A stretch of 60,814 nt of DNA from a virus (Duplodnaviria; Caudoviricetes), in the IMG/VR virus record IMGVR_UViG_3300025168_000090, positions 1 through 60,814 of that record. The stretch is one strand, 5' to 3'. Of this stretch, positions 34,847 through 47,600 are shown piece by piece. A model generated the notes under the pieces. The model saw nothing but the letters and a program-made list of their open reading frames with translations. It was not told the DNA's origin and made no database searches. How positions within the stretch are numbered: position 1 is the first letter of the stretch; each line of letters starts with the position of its first letter. The position numbers and the translations under genes are program-made.

Positions 34847-35021
34847 GAATGCCCTATTACAAGAGTTTTACTACCTAATGAGACACCTTAACGTTGGTTG
34901 GGGTGATTTATTAACGATGCCAACCTTTGAAAGAAGATTTTACATCACCACACTATCTAATGAATTTACAAAAAAGAATGAACTTATAGAACAAGCTAAA
35001 AACAAGAGTAAAATGAGGTAA
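34794..35021 (+). CDS. Second tail-assembly chaperone ORF (gp51/gpT-like), possibly expressed by +1 frameshift
   Basis: EFYYLMRHLNVGWGDLLTMPTFERRFYI motif; overlaps the preceding ORF in the +1 frame. Confidence 0.65.
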   Translation: MLESFLVLSFFVLSTAYRNALLQEFYYLMRHLNVGWGDLLTMPTFERRFYITTLSNEFTKKNELIEQAKNKSKMR

Positions 35022-35048
35022 TAACTATTTATAATAAAATGGTTAATT

Positions 35049-37211
35049 ATGTCTAACTTCTTAAAACAATTACTTGTTGAAAAAATCTTGTCGGGTTCTA
35101 AACCCTACATAGCCTTTCATCCGGAATCAGGAGTACCGATAGGTATCTTTAATACCAAAGATGAACCCAACAAAAAAGCCAGAGTAAAATCCATAAAACT
35201 TTATGGAAAAAAAGGTAATCCTATTTCTTACCTAATTGCAAAATTATTAGGTGTAGAAAACCCAATCCCATCATACATTGTATTACAGGACCAAAATGGT
35301 AACCCAGTTAGTATGAATGACTTATTTGCTGATTCTGACTTTCAAAGACAGTTAAGAAGAAGTGGGTATTCACAGGATACGGGACCACAAGCTACAACGA
35401 CTAATTTCCAAATGTTTGAAACCTTAGCTAAAGATAGAATACCAAAAGACAGAATAGGTGTTGGTGAGTTAGAAAAAATGATACAACTAACTAAGGACCT
35501 AATCAAACCAAACGTCACTATAGCACAAAAAACTAAGTTAATGGTGGATAATATGGATACCGTACTAGATATTCTAGCCTTAGAAGATACCTTAAGGAGT
35601 GATATTTCCAGAAGTATTGGAATGTCAAACGAACAACTTTTAGATACTGTAGAGATGATAACCGAAGCTTCTCTTGAAACAGCAGAATTTAATGTTGGTG
35701 CCAATCAACTATTTGAAACATTCAAATCCATAACTAACGAAGTAGGTAGAAATTTAACAATCCAACCTTCAGTATTACAAAAAGCCTCAGTTTTAACTAA
35801 AACTTTAGAGGGTTTTGACTCAGGAGCGTTTGCAGATGCATTTGATAGAATTGGTGTGAATCTTACTGACGCTATGGGTGAAATTGATGATACAAATAGC
35901 ACTATGCAAGAAATTACTGACACAGGAAGACAGTTCGGTGTTGTGATGAAAGACTTTTTAGGTGATGTAAGTGGTGAATTAAAAATGATTAATACATTTG
36001 GATTCCAGGATGGTGTTGAGGGATTATCTAGAATGGTAGCTAGAGGACAAGTCCTTGGTTTAGAAATGGGTAAAGTTAGGTCTATGGCTTTAGATTTCTT
36101 AGAACCAGAAAAAGCTATTGATTTTGCAGCACAAATGCAGGTAATTGGTGGGGCAGTAGGTGATTTAACTGACCCATTCAAATTAATGTATATGGCTACT
36201 AACGATATGGAAGGTTTAGAACTGGCAGTTATAAAGACTGCAGAAGCCGCAGTTCATTTTGATAAAGAAAAAGGTAAATTCTCCATTTCACCTGACCAAA
36301 GAAGACAATTAAAAGCACAAGCGGAACTAATGGGTATGGACTACCAGGAACTTGCAGATACTGCAATTAAAGCCGCAAAGAGAGCTAGTATATCTGACCA
36401 GTTTATGTTTGATGCTACCGATGAAGATAAAAATTTAATCGCGTCAATGGCGGAAATCACTAAAGGTGGTGTAGCTGAGGTAAGAATACCTAGTTTAGAT
36501 GAAATGGTTGCTGTTGAAGATTTAACTGCAAAAGAAATGGAAGAGTTAAGAAGAGAAGGTATGACCGATTCAGACACCTATAAACAACAACTTACGGTAG
36601 CTGAAAAAGCAAATCAATATCTAGCATCTATGGACGCTATGATAAGAGTACAGCTAGCTGACCAGATGAAAGATGTTAATGTGGATAACGTAATAGAACG
36701 AGAAACACTAACCCAACAAGTAGCAGGACTTATGCCTGACATAACACAGGAGGATATGCAAACTTTAAGGGGTGGTGATATGGGTGAAATAGAAGCGTTA
36801 TTAACCGATAAACTACCAGACAGTAATGACATGCAAAAATTTACAGAAATGTTTGGGAACGTACTAAATGTTTCAGATTTTATACTTTCAGACCAGGGAG
36901 TTATACAATTCCAAGAAGACGACCTATTAATTGGTGGTACTAAATTAGGTGAAACATTAGCTAATTTAGGTATGGGGGGTGCTGCAGGTGCTGACAGTTC
37001 GTCATTAGACATACTAAGTAGTATGTCAAGCCCAACACCAGGAGGTATGTCAGGTGGTAAAGGTATGGTAGAATTAACTGGGACTATAAAATTAGAAGGG
37101 GGTGGTACAGCTAGTGATGTAGACGTAAAAAGATTTATACAAAAATTAAGTGACAACTCAAATAACGTACAAGCATTGAATAATGTAATAATGAGAGCAT
37201 CTAACACATAA
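35049..37211 (+). CDS. Tape measure protein
   Basis: Helical A/M/E-rich sequence following tube and chaperone genes; VSDFIL...FQEDDLLIGGTKL motif; TATTTATA at 35026-35033. Confidence 0.7.
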   Translation: MSNFLKQLLVEKILSGSKPYIAFHPESGVPIGIFNTKDEPNKKARVKSIKLYGKKGNPISYLIAKLLGVENPIPSYIVLQDQNGNPVSMNDLFADSDFQRQLRRSGYSQDTGPQATTTNFQMFETLAKDRIPKDRIGVGELEKMIQLTKDLIKPNVTIAQKTKLMVDNMDTVLDILALEDTLRSDISRSIGMSNEQLLDTVEMITEASLETAEFNVGANQLFETFKSITNEVGRNLTIQPSVLQKASVLTKTLEGFDSGAFADAFDRIGVNLTDAMGEIDDTNSTMQEITDTGRQFGVVMKDFLGDVSGELKMINTFGFQDGVEGLSRMVARGQVLGLEMGKVRSMALDFLEPEKAIDFAAQMQVIGGAVGDLTDPFKLMYMATNDMEGLELAVIKTAEAAVHFDKEKGKFSISPDQRRQLKAQAELMGMDYQELADTAIKAAKRASISDQFMFDATDEDKNLIASMAEITKGGVAEVRIPSLDEMVAVEDLTAKEMEELRREGMTDSDTYKQQLTVAEKANQYLASMDAMIRVQLADQMKDVNVDNVIERETLTQQVAGLMPDITQEDMQTLRGGDMGEIEALLTDKLPDSNDMQKFTEMFGNVLNVSDFILSDQGVIQFQEDDLLIGGTKLGETLANLGMGGAAGADSSSLDILSSMSSPTPGGMSGGKGMVELTGTIKLEGGGTASDVDVKRFIQKLSDNSNNVQALNNVIMRASNT

Positions 37212-37213
37212 AA

Positions 37214-40200
37214 ATGGCAATAGGAACAAATACAGGAGTACAAAACCCATACGGGCAAGGAGAGTATAAAATTACTTTATCCAGTACAGAAACACTTAGA
37301 AAATTCTTGTTAGGTAAGAATTTACAAAGTTCTTATTTGGCAGATGGTAACCCATTACCACCACCATTTGGGGTACAAGCACCTGGTGAATTTAGTTACC
37401 AAGGACTGTCAGATAATTTTGTTATCGACCAAAAAACTGTTTTAGAAATAGGAGCTCAACAACAAACAAATTTATTTTTAGATAATAGTTATGGTCCAGA
37501 TGGTGGGTATAGGGATGTAAGGTTAATAGATGTAAAAAAAGTATTACCTAGAGCACAATCAGATTATATCTCACCCAACACACTACAACCAAAAAGTTTT
37601 GTTGCTTCTGTTTACACCCCACAAGAAATTTTAGATACGGTAAACATAACCAACGGTATTGTTAACACTGTAAATGAAAAAGTATTAAACGATAGTAAAT
37701 TAGTACAGGATTCTAGTGGTTACTTAAGACAAAATTTAGGTGCCTTACAAGCACAATACCTTTACGAAATAAGTGAAGATGGTTCAGCGGACGCTAACAT
37801 TAGTACCGACCCAAGGTCAAATCAAATACAAGGTACCGATTTTATTTCAAGAATTTCTAATATGTATTATGGGTATTCAGATATTCCAGGAAACTACTTT
37901 CAGGAAACATTCGTACCAGATATAAACGACTTACAGTTGGATGGATTTACAGAAGGAGCCACATTCCAAAATATACAAGCAACAGCATCTGCGATAGGGG
38001 ATGTTTTAGGTGGAGGACAAGGAATACCAACTAACCCATTCTCAGTACCAAACCCAAGTGATACTTTTATTAATTATATGGGTGAGGAACAACAAACCTC
38101 TCTATTTGGTTCATTAACATTTAACACGTATAGGCCCGATTATAGTAGAGTGTTTTTACAACCTGGAGTAGATAACGTAGTTCCTTTTTATTATGTAGGG
38201 TCTAAAGAAAGTGAACCAGGTAAAATACAAAGCCCAATGGGAGCTGTACCATCAGATAAATTTGGTAGGAGCACTGGAGCTTTAGTGTATGGACCATCTA
38301 CACTGGCTAAAGAATTAGAAACAGTAAATGGTAGAGCACTATGGGAGTATTACAATTTTGGTTTAAGGGGTCATTCGTATATGGATGGTGGTGGTTTAGA
38401 TGGTGGTTGGACTTGGTTTGGTAACTATTCTTTTGCTAGTACAAATGCACCACCAGGATATCTGTCCTCCCGTTCCCTAACAAAACCTAAAAGAAAAGGT
38501 GGGATATTAGACGAAACACAAAAATTAATAGACTCTGCTCCTTTAATGGGTGGAGCAAGAAGAAAACACGCTGGACACGCGATTGACCAAACATCCAAAA
38601 TATTTAATGACGGTTATAAAGATATATCTAAAGGGTCTGGTGTTAGATTTGTAGATGAGAGTAGTGGTGTATTTGGTATTGGTGCTGGATTAAAAGTTAG
38701 AGAATTTTGTAGAACGTGGACAAAAGATAATCCGTATTATACGATGAATAATTTAGTTAGAAGTGGTGGAGTCTCAAGAGCACCAACCTCCTCAGTTATG
38801 AGTAATACGTTTAATTTAAATATCGCACCTACAACTGACGCGGCTGGAGAACCAGTTAATTTTGGACTAAAGGATGGGGAAAGTATAACAAAATATATGT
38901 TCTCTATTGAAAATTTAGCTTGGAGAGGTACCCCAGAACTCCTAGCTTTGCCACAATCTGAACAAGGACCTAACGGTGGAAGGGTTATGTGGTTTCCACC
39001 ATATGATATTAATGTGGGTGACACCAACTCGGTACAATGGAACTCGGTAAACTTTTTAGGTAGACCTGACCCAGTGTATACGTACAATTATACCGAAAGA
39101 ATTGGTACATTATCTTTTAAAATAGTGGTGGACCATTCATCTATAATGAACGTAATAGCACAAAAAGAATTAGACGGTGTCCCAGACTATGTTGCTGACC
39201 AAGCTCTAGAATCTTTTATAGCTGGCTGTAAAAAATATGACGTGTATGAATTGGCAAGTATATACAGTAACCTATCAATAGACAACATAAATCAATATGT
39301 TAATGAAGTTACTGCTGAATATAATAATGACCCTTTTTCATTATTTTACGATAGTACACCAAACATGCCTATTAATCCATCGGGATTAACGGAGTCTGGT
39401 GGTGGAGAAGATGCGTTTGTTAGTCAAACAGGTGGTGGGGGTGAAGATGTGATAAATGGACAGTCAGCTAGTGATGGTACCCCACTAACAGAAGAACAAC
39501 AAAGTTTACAAAACAACACAAACACTGAGTCAACAGAAAGAACCCTAAACACAAATAAAATACTATCTGAATTATTAGGTGAACAAAGTTACTTTAAACA
39601 TTTAGAACAAGAAGATGAGTTTGTCTATGACTCATTAAAAAGAAAATTAAAATACTTTTCCCCAGCATTTCATTCTATGACACCAGAAGGATTGAATAGT
39701 AGACTTACATTCCTACTACAATGTACTAGACCAGGAAGGACAATACCAACTAAAACAGAAGGAGGTATTGAAAATGTGGACGCTGAAAATACAGCTTTTG
39801 GTGCACCACCAATATGTGTATTAAGAATAGGTGATTTTTACCACACTAAAATCGCTATTGATTCTGTGAGTTTTAGTTATGACCCACTTCTATATGACAT
39901 GAATCCAGAAGGTATTGGAATGCAACCAATGATAGCTAACGTACAAATGAACTTTAAATACATAGGTGGTCAAGGTTTAGAAAAACCGGTAAGTGAATTA
40001 CAAAATGCATTATCATTTAATTTCTTTGGTAATACAGAAGTGTATGATTCTAGGTCTACCACTACCCAAGCAAAACAATCATTAACTGACGAACAAGAAA
40101 TATTAAATGAGTTAGCTCCACTAGAAAATGGGTTTAACATAAACCAAACCGACCTAAATACCACTGAGGGTGGTGAAAGTGGTGGGGAAGGGTTTAACAT

Positions 40201-40219
40201 CTCATCAACTGACATATAA
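37214..40219 (+). CDS. Baseplate/tail-tube initiator-like structural protein
   Basis: RVMWFPPYD..W....FLGRPDPVYTY..TER..TLSFKIVVDH and APPICVLRIGD tube-fold motifs. Confidence 0.6.
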   Translation: MAIGTNTGVQNPYGQGEYKITLSSTETLRKFLLGKNLQSSYLADGNPLPPPFGVQAPGEFSYQGLSDNFVIDQKTVLEIGAQQQTNLFLDNSYGPDGGYRDVRLIDVKKVLPRAQSDYISPNTLQPKSFVASVYTPQEILDTVNITNGIVNTVNEKVLNDSKLVQDSSGYLRQNLGALQAQYLYEISEDGSADANISTDPRSNQIQGTDFISRISNMYYGYSDIPGNYFQETFVPDINDLQLDGFTEGATFQNIQATASAIGDVLGGGQGIPTNPFSVPNPSDTFINYMGEEQQTSLFGSLTFNTYRPDYSRVFLQPGVDNVVPFYYVGSKESEPGKIQSPMGAVPSDKFGRSTGALVYGPSTLAKELETVNGRALWEYYNFGLRGHSYMDGGGLDGGWTWFGNYSFASTNAPPGYLSSRSLTKPKRKGGILDETQKLIDSAPLMGGARRKHAGHAIDQTSKIFNDGYKDISKGSGVRFVDESSGVFGIGAGLKVREFCRTWTKDNPYYTMNNLVRSGGVSRAPTSSVMSNTFNLNIAPTTDAAGEPVNFGLKDGESITKYMFSIENLAWRGTPELLALPQSEQGPNGGRVMWFPPYDINVGDTNSVQWNSVNFLGRPDPVYTYNYTERIGTLSFKIVVDHSSIMNVIAQKELDGVPDYVADQALESFIAGCKKYDVYELASIYSNLSIDNINQYVNEVTAEYNNDPFSLFYDSTPNMPINPSGLTESGGGEDAFVSQTGGGGEDVINGQSASDGTPLTEEQQSLQNNTNTESTERTLNTNKILSELLGEQSYFKHLEQEDEFVYDSLKRKLKYFSPAFHSMTPEGLNSRLTFLLQCTRPGRTIPTKTEGGIENVDAENTAFGAPPICVLRIGDFYHTKIAIDSVSFSYDPLLYDMNPEGIGMQPMIANVQMNFKYIGGQGLEKPVSELQNALSFNFFGNTEVYDSRSTTTQAKQSLTDEQEILNELAPLENGFNINQTDLNTTEGGESGGEGFNISSTDI

Positions 40220-40224
40220 TAAAA

Positions 40225-41316
40225 ATGGCAAAACAACTTAACTATAAAAATATTTTAAATTCTTTTGTGGATAGAACCAAATCATACAGCCTAGATGTTA
40301 AAAATAGACTAAGCACACTAACTTTAAATTATAATATGGGTATAACAGAAGAGTTTATGTATGATAGAAATTTTAAAAATGGAACCATAGGGTCCTATAC
40401 TGGTGAATACTTAGTAGGTGTACCTAGTGGAATTTTTGAAAAAGTAGTAAATGATTACAACAAACTTAAAAGTAAAATTACTGGAGAAACCACCACAATA
40501 CAAAAACAACTTAACACACTAAATCCAACAGTTAGTGAAAAAAATTACATAACCAAAGTATTACTTACACACCTAGAAAATCAATTTAGTGAGATTACTA
40601 ACGAAGTTAATATGACAATTAATAGTTTAAGAGAGCAACAAAATAATTTAAGTAAAACAATAGATATTTTAAATTTTGTAACAAAAGTTAGACACGACGG
40701 CCAATTTTTAAATAGGAGTGGAGGTAGGGTGGCCGCTTTGATACTTACAGCAACAACAGAAGCTACAACATTAACAACAAATTACACAATTGCGAACGAA
40801 TACTTAAGAAATTACATAAATGGATACGTAACCAATAAATTCCCACGTAACTACAGTTACGGTGAAGAATACCTATTTTTCACCAACTTAATATATACAA
40901 AAGACTTACTAACACTTAGTTTTAGTGGTAATTTCAATACCGAACTAACAAGATTAATTGATAATAGAAAAAACACTTTGTATGTGGATTTATTAAAAGT
41001 AGATAACAATAGAATCAATGGGTTAGATAAAACATTGTCAGTCGGATTTAAGGTATTATTATTGAAGTTAGTTAAATCCTGGGTTAGGTACGACATCAGT
41101 CTAATTAATGATAGAATATATAGTGGTTTGGAGGAAGGGTATAAAATATTAAATACAAATATAAAAAACTACCCGATTGATTTTAAGGTTGGGTATAGTT
41201 ATAATACCGGTACAACAGCAGAAAATATAGTAAGAAATTACTTAGTAGATAGAAATAGAGGTACAGAAGATAATAAATTTAACTATAAGTTAATAACCCA
41301 ACTTTACGTAGGATAA
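40225..41316 (+). CDS. Hypothetical virion protein
   Basis: ORF in the baseplate operon; coiled-coil-like middle region. Confidence 0.6.
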   Translation: MAKQLNYKNILNSFVDRTKSYSLDVKNRLSTLTLNYNMGITEEFMYDRNFKNGTIGSYTGEYLVGVPSGIFEKVVNDYNKLKSKITGETTTIQKQLNTLNPTVSEKNYITKVLLTHLENQFSEITNEVNMTINSLREQQNNLSKTIDILNFVTKVRHDGQFLNRSGGRVAALILTATTEATTLTTNYTIANEYLRNYINGYVTNKFPRNYSYGEEYLFFTNLIYTKDLLTLSFSGNFNTELTRLIDNRKNTLYVDLLKVDNNRINGLDKTLSVGFKVLLLKLVKSWVRYDISLINDRIYSGLEEGYKILNTNIKNYPIDFKVGYSYNTGTTAENIVRNYLVDRNRGTEDNKFNYKLITQLYVG

Positions 41317-41317
41317 A

Positions 41318-41635
41318 ATGGCATACTATAATCGATATAATGAATTTGTTGTTAATGGGGACTATATAATAGTACCACACATTAAAATACCCACAAAATC
41401 TACCGATAGAAAAATAGCTTACAAAGTAGGTCAAAGTAGATTAGATAAACTATCCCAACAATTTTATGGTAGCCCATATTACGGATGGTTAATATTGCAA
41501 GCGAACCCATCGTACGGGGGACAAGAATGGAATATTCCTGATAATAGTCTTATAACATTACCGTTTCCATTAATGCAATCACTACAAGATTATAAATCAA
41601 GACTGGACGAATATTTCTTATATTATGGCAGATAA
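41318..41635 (+). CDS. Baseplate wedge LysM-like protein (T4 gp53/P2 gpX-like)
   Basis: YKVGQSRLDKLSQQFYGSPYYGWLILQANP...IP....ITLP. Confidence 0.85.
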   Translation: MAYYNRYNEFVVNGDYIIVPHIKIPTKSTDRKIAYKVGQSRLDKLSQQFYGSPYYGWLILQANPSYGGQEWNIPDNSLITLPFPLMQSLQDYKSRLDEYFLYYGR

Positions 41636-44600
41636 ACTAATAAATTCTGGAGACGTATATACAAATCCTGTAGGTGATAATGTTGTAGTCATCGACCCAA
41701 ACAAAATACTTGTAAATGGTGAGGTAAAAGATAGGTTGGTTGACCAAGAAGACTTGGTTATGTACGCTAATTTATCCGCGAGAATTTTTCCCAGAAGTAA
41801 AATTTTAGCTGGTGGTGGTGCGGGTGATGAAGTTGTTATAGATGTGTTTGATGGAGAATTAAACTTCTTAAAACCAAAAGGTAAAGATTTTCTAGATTCA
41901 GATTGGACAGAGGCCTTTACAAATCCAGATATAAATAAACAAGTTAGAAAACTAAATAAAGAGGGGTTGGAGGTTTCTAGAGAAATAGAAAACCAGAACG
42001 ACTTTCAAGGATTTGGGATTACCTCAATAAATGTAAAATTAAATAGTTCTTACATACCACAAGTTACTATAAATTTTACTGACATTAGGGGAAAAACACT
42101 TTTTGAACAAGCAAGGGTCAACACACCATACACAGCATTTTTTCACTTACCATACCCAACATTTTTTCTAACACTAAAAGGATTTTACGGTAAAGCGGTA
42201 AAGTATCAACTAACCTTAGAAAAATTTACCTCAAGGTTTGACCCGTCATCCGGTGACTATTTGGTAACTTGTGACTTTAAAGGAAATCATATTGCCATGC
42301 TAAGGGATATTAACATGCATGAAGCTATAACCGCACCTTACATGTACCCAAACCAAACTAACACGTTAGGTGGAATAACATCCACCAAAGGTAGAGAGGT
42401 AATGTCAGAAGTTTATAGTAGGTACAAACAAAAAAATCTATTGGATAAAGATTTTCCCGAATATACACTAGTTGAATTAATAGAAATTGTCAAAAATTTA
42501 GATAATGATTTGGGTAAACTTTACGGTAAATCTGATTTAACACAAACATCTGATAAAGTAGAGTACGATGAAACTTTAAAGAAGTTTAAGGAAGCTATAA
42601 CGGGAAAAAATAGTTGGGAACAAGAGTATCTAGATAAAAGCAAAGGAATAAAAACTAAAATAAGTGTGCAAAGTAATGACGGTAGTACCGGTAACACAAA
42701 AACACTTATGGTATACCCACTTAAATTCTCTTCCCAAGCTAACAATGATGAAGACAAGCAAGCGGAAAAAGAAATATTAATACAAGGAGCCACCGAAAAA
42801 CTAAACGAACTAGTGGCCAAATATGTATACCTACTAGATAAAAATCCGACATTCAGGGAAGATGGGACTTACCCAGTACAAACAGTACTTAACGATGGTA
42901 ATTTTAATTTATTTGATAAGTCTTCGGTAAATAGTACGGGTGGGATATCAGTAACCCTGGTAAATGTGGATGACCAATCTAAGTTCGATGAAAACAAACC
43001 TTATTTTTTATTTAACACACATGAAAAAAGTTTTGAAAATATTATAAAAACAACCAGAAAACTATTTGAAAAACAAGCAGAAAAATTATCTGATGATATA
43101 ACAACAAAACTAAATACCAAACTAGAAAAAGAAATTGGTTTCAGACCTACCATTAGAAATGTGTTTGCTATTATTTTAGCAGGAGCGGACACATTCTTAA
43201 AACTTTTAGACCAAACCCACACAGACGCTTTTAATCAACGATTTAACGAATCAAGACTTGCTATAGCAGAGAGTTCTGATGATGTAAAAGAAAATCAGAT
43301 GGTTTTTCCATGGCCCCAATATTATGTGACAACTCAGGAAAATAAATGTACCACATCTTCAGTTTTAACATATCCTGGAGCAAAAGATGTGGTAGATATA
43401 ACTAAAGGAGATAATAAAGTAGTGTGGCCAGAGATACACTTTGTTGAAGAATACACCAAAACAACAGCGTATAAATTTTCAGACTTCCAATTCCCAACCA
43501 GTAATGCGGCGTTAGAAAAAAACTTTACACCTATTCTTATTGGTGAATGGCCATTTATGGGTGCACCATATGAGTCGTTAGAAACTATAGACATTTGTTT
43601 TGGTATTTTAGATAGGGCTGATATGTTAACAAGGTATGGTTGGTATAACACTAGGCTACCACAAAATAATACTAAAACTGGACAAGCTCTGGAAGAACTT
43701 AGTGATTATGAATCACAAAATATATATAATTTAATTAAAGACTACCCAGACTTACTTGGTGAGATGGGCAGAATAGGAAATTATAATGAATTGGGGGCTT
43801 ATTTATTGGGGTATAACAAAACCATATTCCAAACCTACATACTAAATGACGGGATATATGACCCCCAGATTTTAAGTTATGTAAAAAATAATGTGGGTAC
43901 TATTAAATACGAGTCAACTAATGTATCTGTAATACCACAAGATTTTGCAAAAAATTATGAGGCCCTTAAAGAGGTAAAACACCTAAGTGGTTTTTATGAC
44001 TTAGTACCAGCAGTTATTAATTCGGTTAATACAAACTACTCTAACGCTGGGTCATATTACACCGCTCCAACAACTTTAGGGGGTCCAGGTACAGTAACAT
44101 TTTATAGTGTCCACGAAAGCTTATATTATGATAATACCGATACTAATATACTAAGAGATAACAATGTGTGCTATTTTACTGGAATGATACCCCAACTATG
44201 TGGTAATCGTGAAAGGAATTTTTTCTTTAATCATGGTCTAAAACCAAGAAATGAAGAGTTAAAAGACCTATCAGAACCTTATGGACAAAGTGTTTTCTAC
44301 ACACCACCAATAGATAATATGTATTTTGGAAATTTACTAATAACAGAAGGTCCGATAAGAATGGCAGGTAACCCAACACAAGGTAATGTTGTTAACTCTG
44401 CGGGTGGACCAAATATCAATATTAATATTGAGGATAGTGAGGAAAGAATAACTTCTATGTTAAACACCCCTTATTTTATAAATTCTATTATTGAGGGTGT
44501 TGGTGACGATAGGGTAGGTACAGCAAATGCTTATAGAAAATCAGCTTATCTTTTTTTAAATTCTTTACCACTTCCTACATTTAGAGAAAAAGTGGGAAAA

Positions 44601-47600
44601 AATGGCAGTCCGACCAATCCGGATGACTTACCTACATATATATCGTCATTATTTAATCAATTACCAGCAGTACACCAACTACCACTAGCTTTATTATTGA
44701 GAATTGGTTCTGTGTGGTGGAGATATAAAACAGATGTCCAAACAACTACAGACCCACTACAAAGTATGTGGGGTAATTTAGGTCGTAATAATAATTCTGG
44801 TTCACCAGCCCAAGCCTATGACACAAACACATCTAGTTTAAGTTTAGATTATACTTTTATAGAACCAGCTGTTGGTGGTTTATCCTGGGTTTACCAATCA
44901 CAATCAGCAACTAATATGATGGTTGGGGTATACCCACAAGTAATTGACTGTATTCATTTTATAGCCACTGGTCAAAATGGGTATACAAATATGGGGTCCG
45001 GTCAAGTACTTAATAATATACTAGGACCTACAGCAAATTTAAACATTAGCACTAATGTAGAAATGGGTAGAAAATTAACAGATGGAACAGATATTAGTTT
45101 TCACGACGTATACCTAGACTCAAATAACATCACCAACCCAAATAATGGAGCTAGTTTTAATAACCAAGTACCACCAGAACGTTATTATATACTATATCCT
45201 TCTTCTGGTGGATTACTAAATACTGATGCCTCACTAGAAGCTATAGGTCTAAATGATGTTAATTTACATAATGGAGCCTGTAAATTATTTTGGAAAGGAG
45301 CTCACTACGGGTACTTCGCACATAGAGCTTCATTTATAGGAACACCTGGGCAATATCTTAAAAACGTAAACCCAACCACACAACATCAACCAGCTTGGAA
45401 TTTTAATGATGTAGAAGTACCAAATTATAGTACTATAGAAGAATTATTTGCTGTATTTAGTAAATCACAATTAGATGAGTTTGAAAGTTTATTTTTAAGT
45501 TTTTCAGAATCTGGTGGTAGTGTAGAAGGACCACTAAGTTCCATGAAAGAATTTATAAAAGAAATTACTATAATACCAGAATCTTTTATTAGAGACAGTG
45601 CTGGAAATACTAACACTAATATAAATGATGTGATTAGTGATTATGAACCACACAATTTAGCGAACGCTCAATACAATAAACTAGTAACGGTATTAAATGC
45701 GTTTTTACTTTACCATGTAGAATACGCCCACCAAACAACAAATAACCTAGATAGTTTCCAACACGGAATGACTAGCTTTGAAGCTACTATGGGTCTAATA
45801 GGTAACAATATTAGTATTGACGATACTGAGGATAAATATAATTTTGGTAGGTATATAGATAGTGCAGTCACCATACCCCCAATAGGTTCATTCTTTGTTG
45901 GTAATCCACAAGTTTGGCAAGATGTTAGATTAAATGTTGGTAGATTCTACTCAACACCATCAGGTTCTGAACCATCAGACTTATTAGCACCCCAAGACGA
46001 ATCCAACCCAATATATAAATTTTTTACAACTTGTAGAGGTGCAGAAGGGGGGATTGAGTTTACTAGTAAAAATGTGGAAATTTTCGCACCTGTAATTAGA
46101 ATGTATGCTAGTTATTGTGCGACAGTATCTAACATAACAGCGGATAAATATTTAAAGATATTTGGCACTACAACTGATACCTTAGAGGTGGTTGACTATG
46201 TAGATGGGATTACTTCTAAATTACAAAAATTAATATCTACAAACATAGAAGAAAATGAGACTAGAACAGCAGACGTTACTGATGATAGACCTTCTATTGA
46301 AGCAGACAATTTAAAGTTGGAGTTGTATACAACATTTAAAACACTTAATGATAGGTGGGTAGCGGGTACAGACTTAACACAACAAACATTATTTGAAAGA
46401 TTTTTATTTTTTGATAGGGCAAATAGAGATATTGGTGACGAGGCAATTATTAACATATGGGATATAATACAGTTAGATTCACCATTTGGTGGAAGTAATA
46501 CCAATACACTAACACAAAGTGTCGCTAGTTACCTATCTACTATTTTAGCTAATAACTATTTTAATTTTATTCCTTTACCAGCTTACATAAACTTTTTTAA
46601 TGTGGCAAACGACAACTCACAATTACAAGGAAACGCAATGTTTGGAACATTTAAAACAGTAGATTATTTAGAATCACAACCAGCGTTTTTATGTCAGTAT
46701 GTTGGACCACCGTCTAGCCAACTTAAGGTGGATACACCTAATAATGGTTATAAGAATGATAGTTTTACGATGAATAGAACTGCTAACAACCCACTACTAT
46801 CGGAAAATTGTGGTGACAAACAGCTCTCAAATAAAGTAATGGGATTTAATGTAGACTTCGGAATACCAAATCAAAACATATTTGAGTCTATTACTTTAGA
46901 CCAATCTCAATTTCAAGACACTTCTGAAAGTTTTAAAATATTACAGGATATGGCTGATTCTGGTGGTGGGGGAGCAACATCTACCGCATCACTTTCACTA
47001 TTTAACATATACTCCAATAGGTCGTATAAAGCAAGTGTGACATGTATAGGTAATGTAGCAATCCAACCAACACAATACTTCCAATTAAGATACTTACCTA
47101 TGTTTAATGGACCTTATTTGATTTTAAATGTAGAACATAATATAACACCAAATAATATTGAAACCAGTTTTGAGGGTGTGAGGGTACCAATACCAACACT
47201 ACCTAAAATAGATAAATTAGTACAAAGAGTTAATAAAAAGATTTACCAAAAGGCTGAACAAAGGTTTAAGGATAACTCACTAGATTTGTATTTAGATAAT
47301 TTAAGTGCTACAAAAAACCAACTAAACAAAACACCACTAAATAATGGGTATGTGAATACAGAGATATTTTTTGGCAGTGACATTTTAGTGGATGACCAAG
47401 TACAATTCAATACCCCAATACCTACAAGTTATTTAAATTCACCAATAGTGGACCCAGAAGTTGTTCATTTAGGTTATGATTTTGTTCTAAATGCGGATTA
47501 CGAACTACAAGCCTCTACAACTCCAGGTGTTAATGTAACCGCTTCTATAGGTGGTATAGTTATAGACATAAAGGATGGTTGTAATCCACTACAAAATTCA

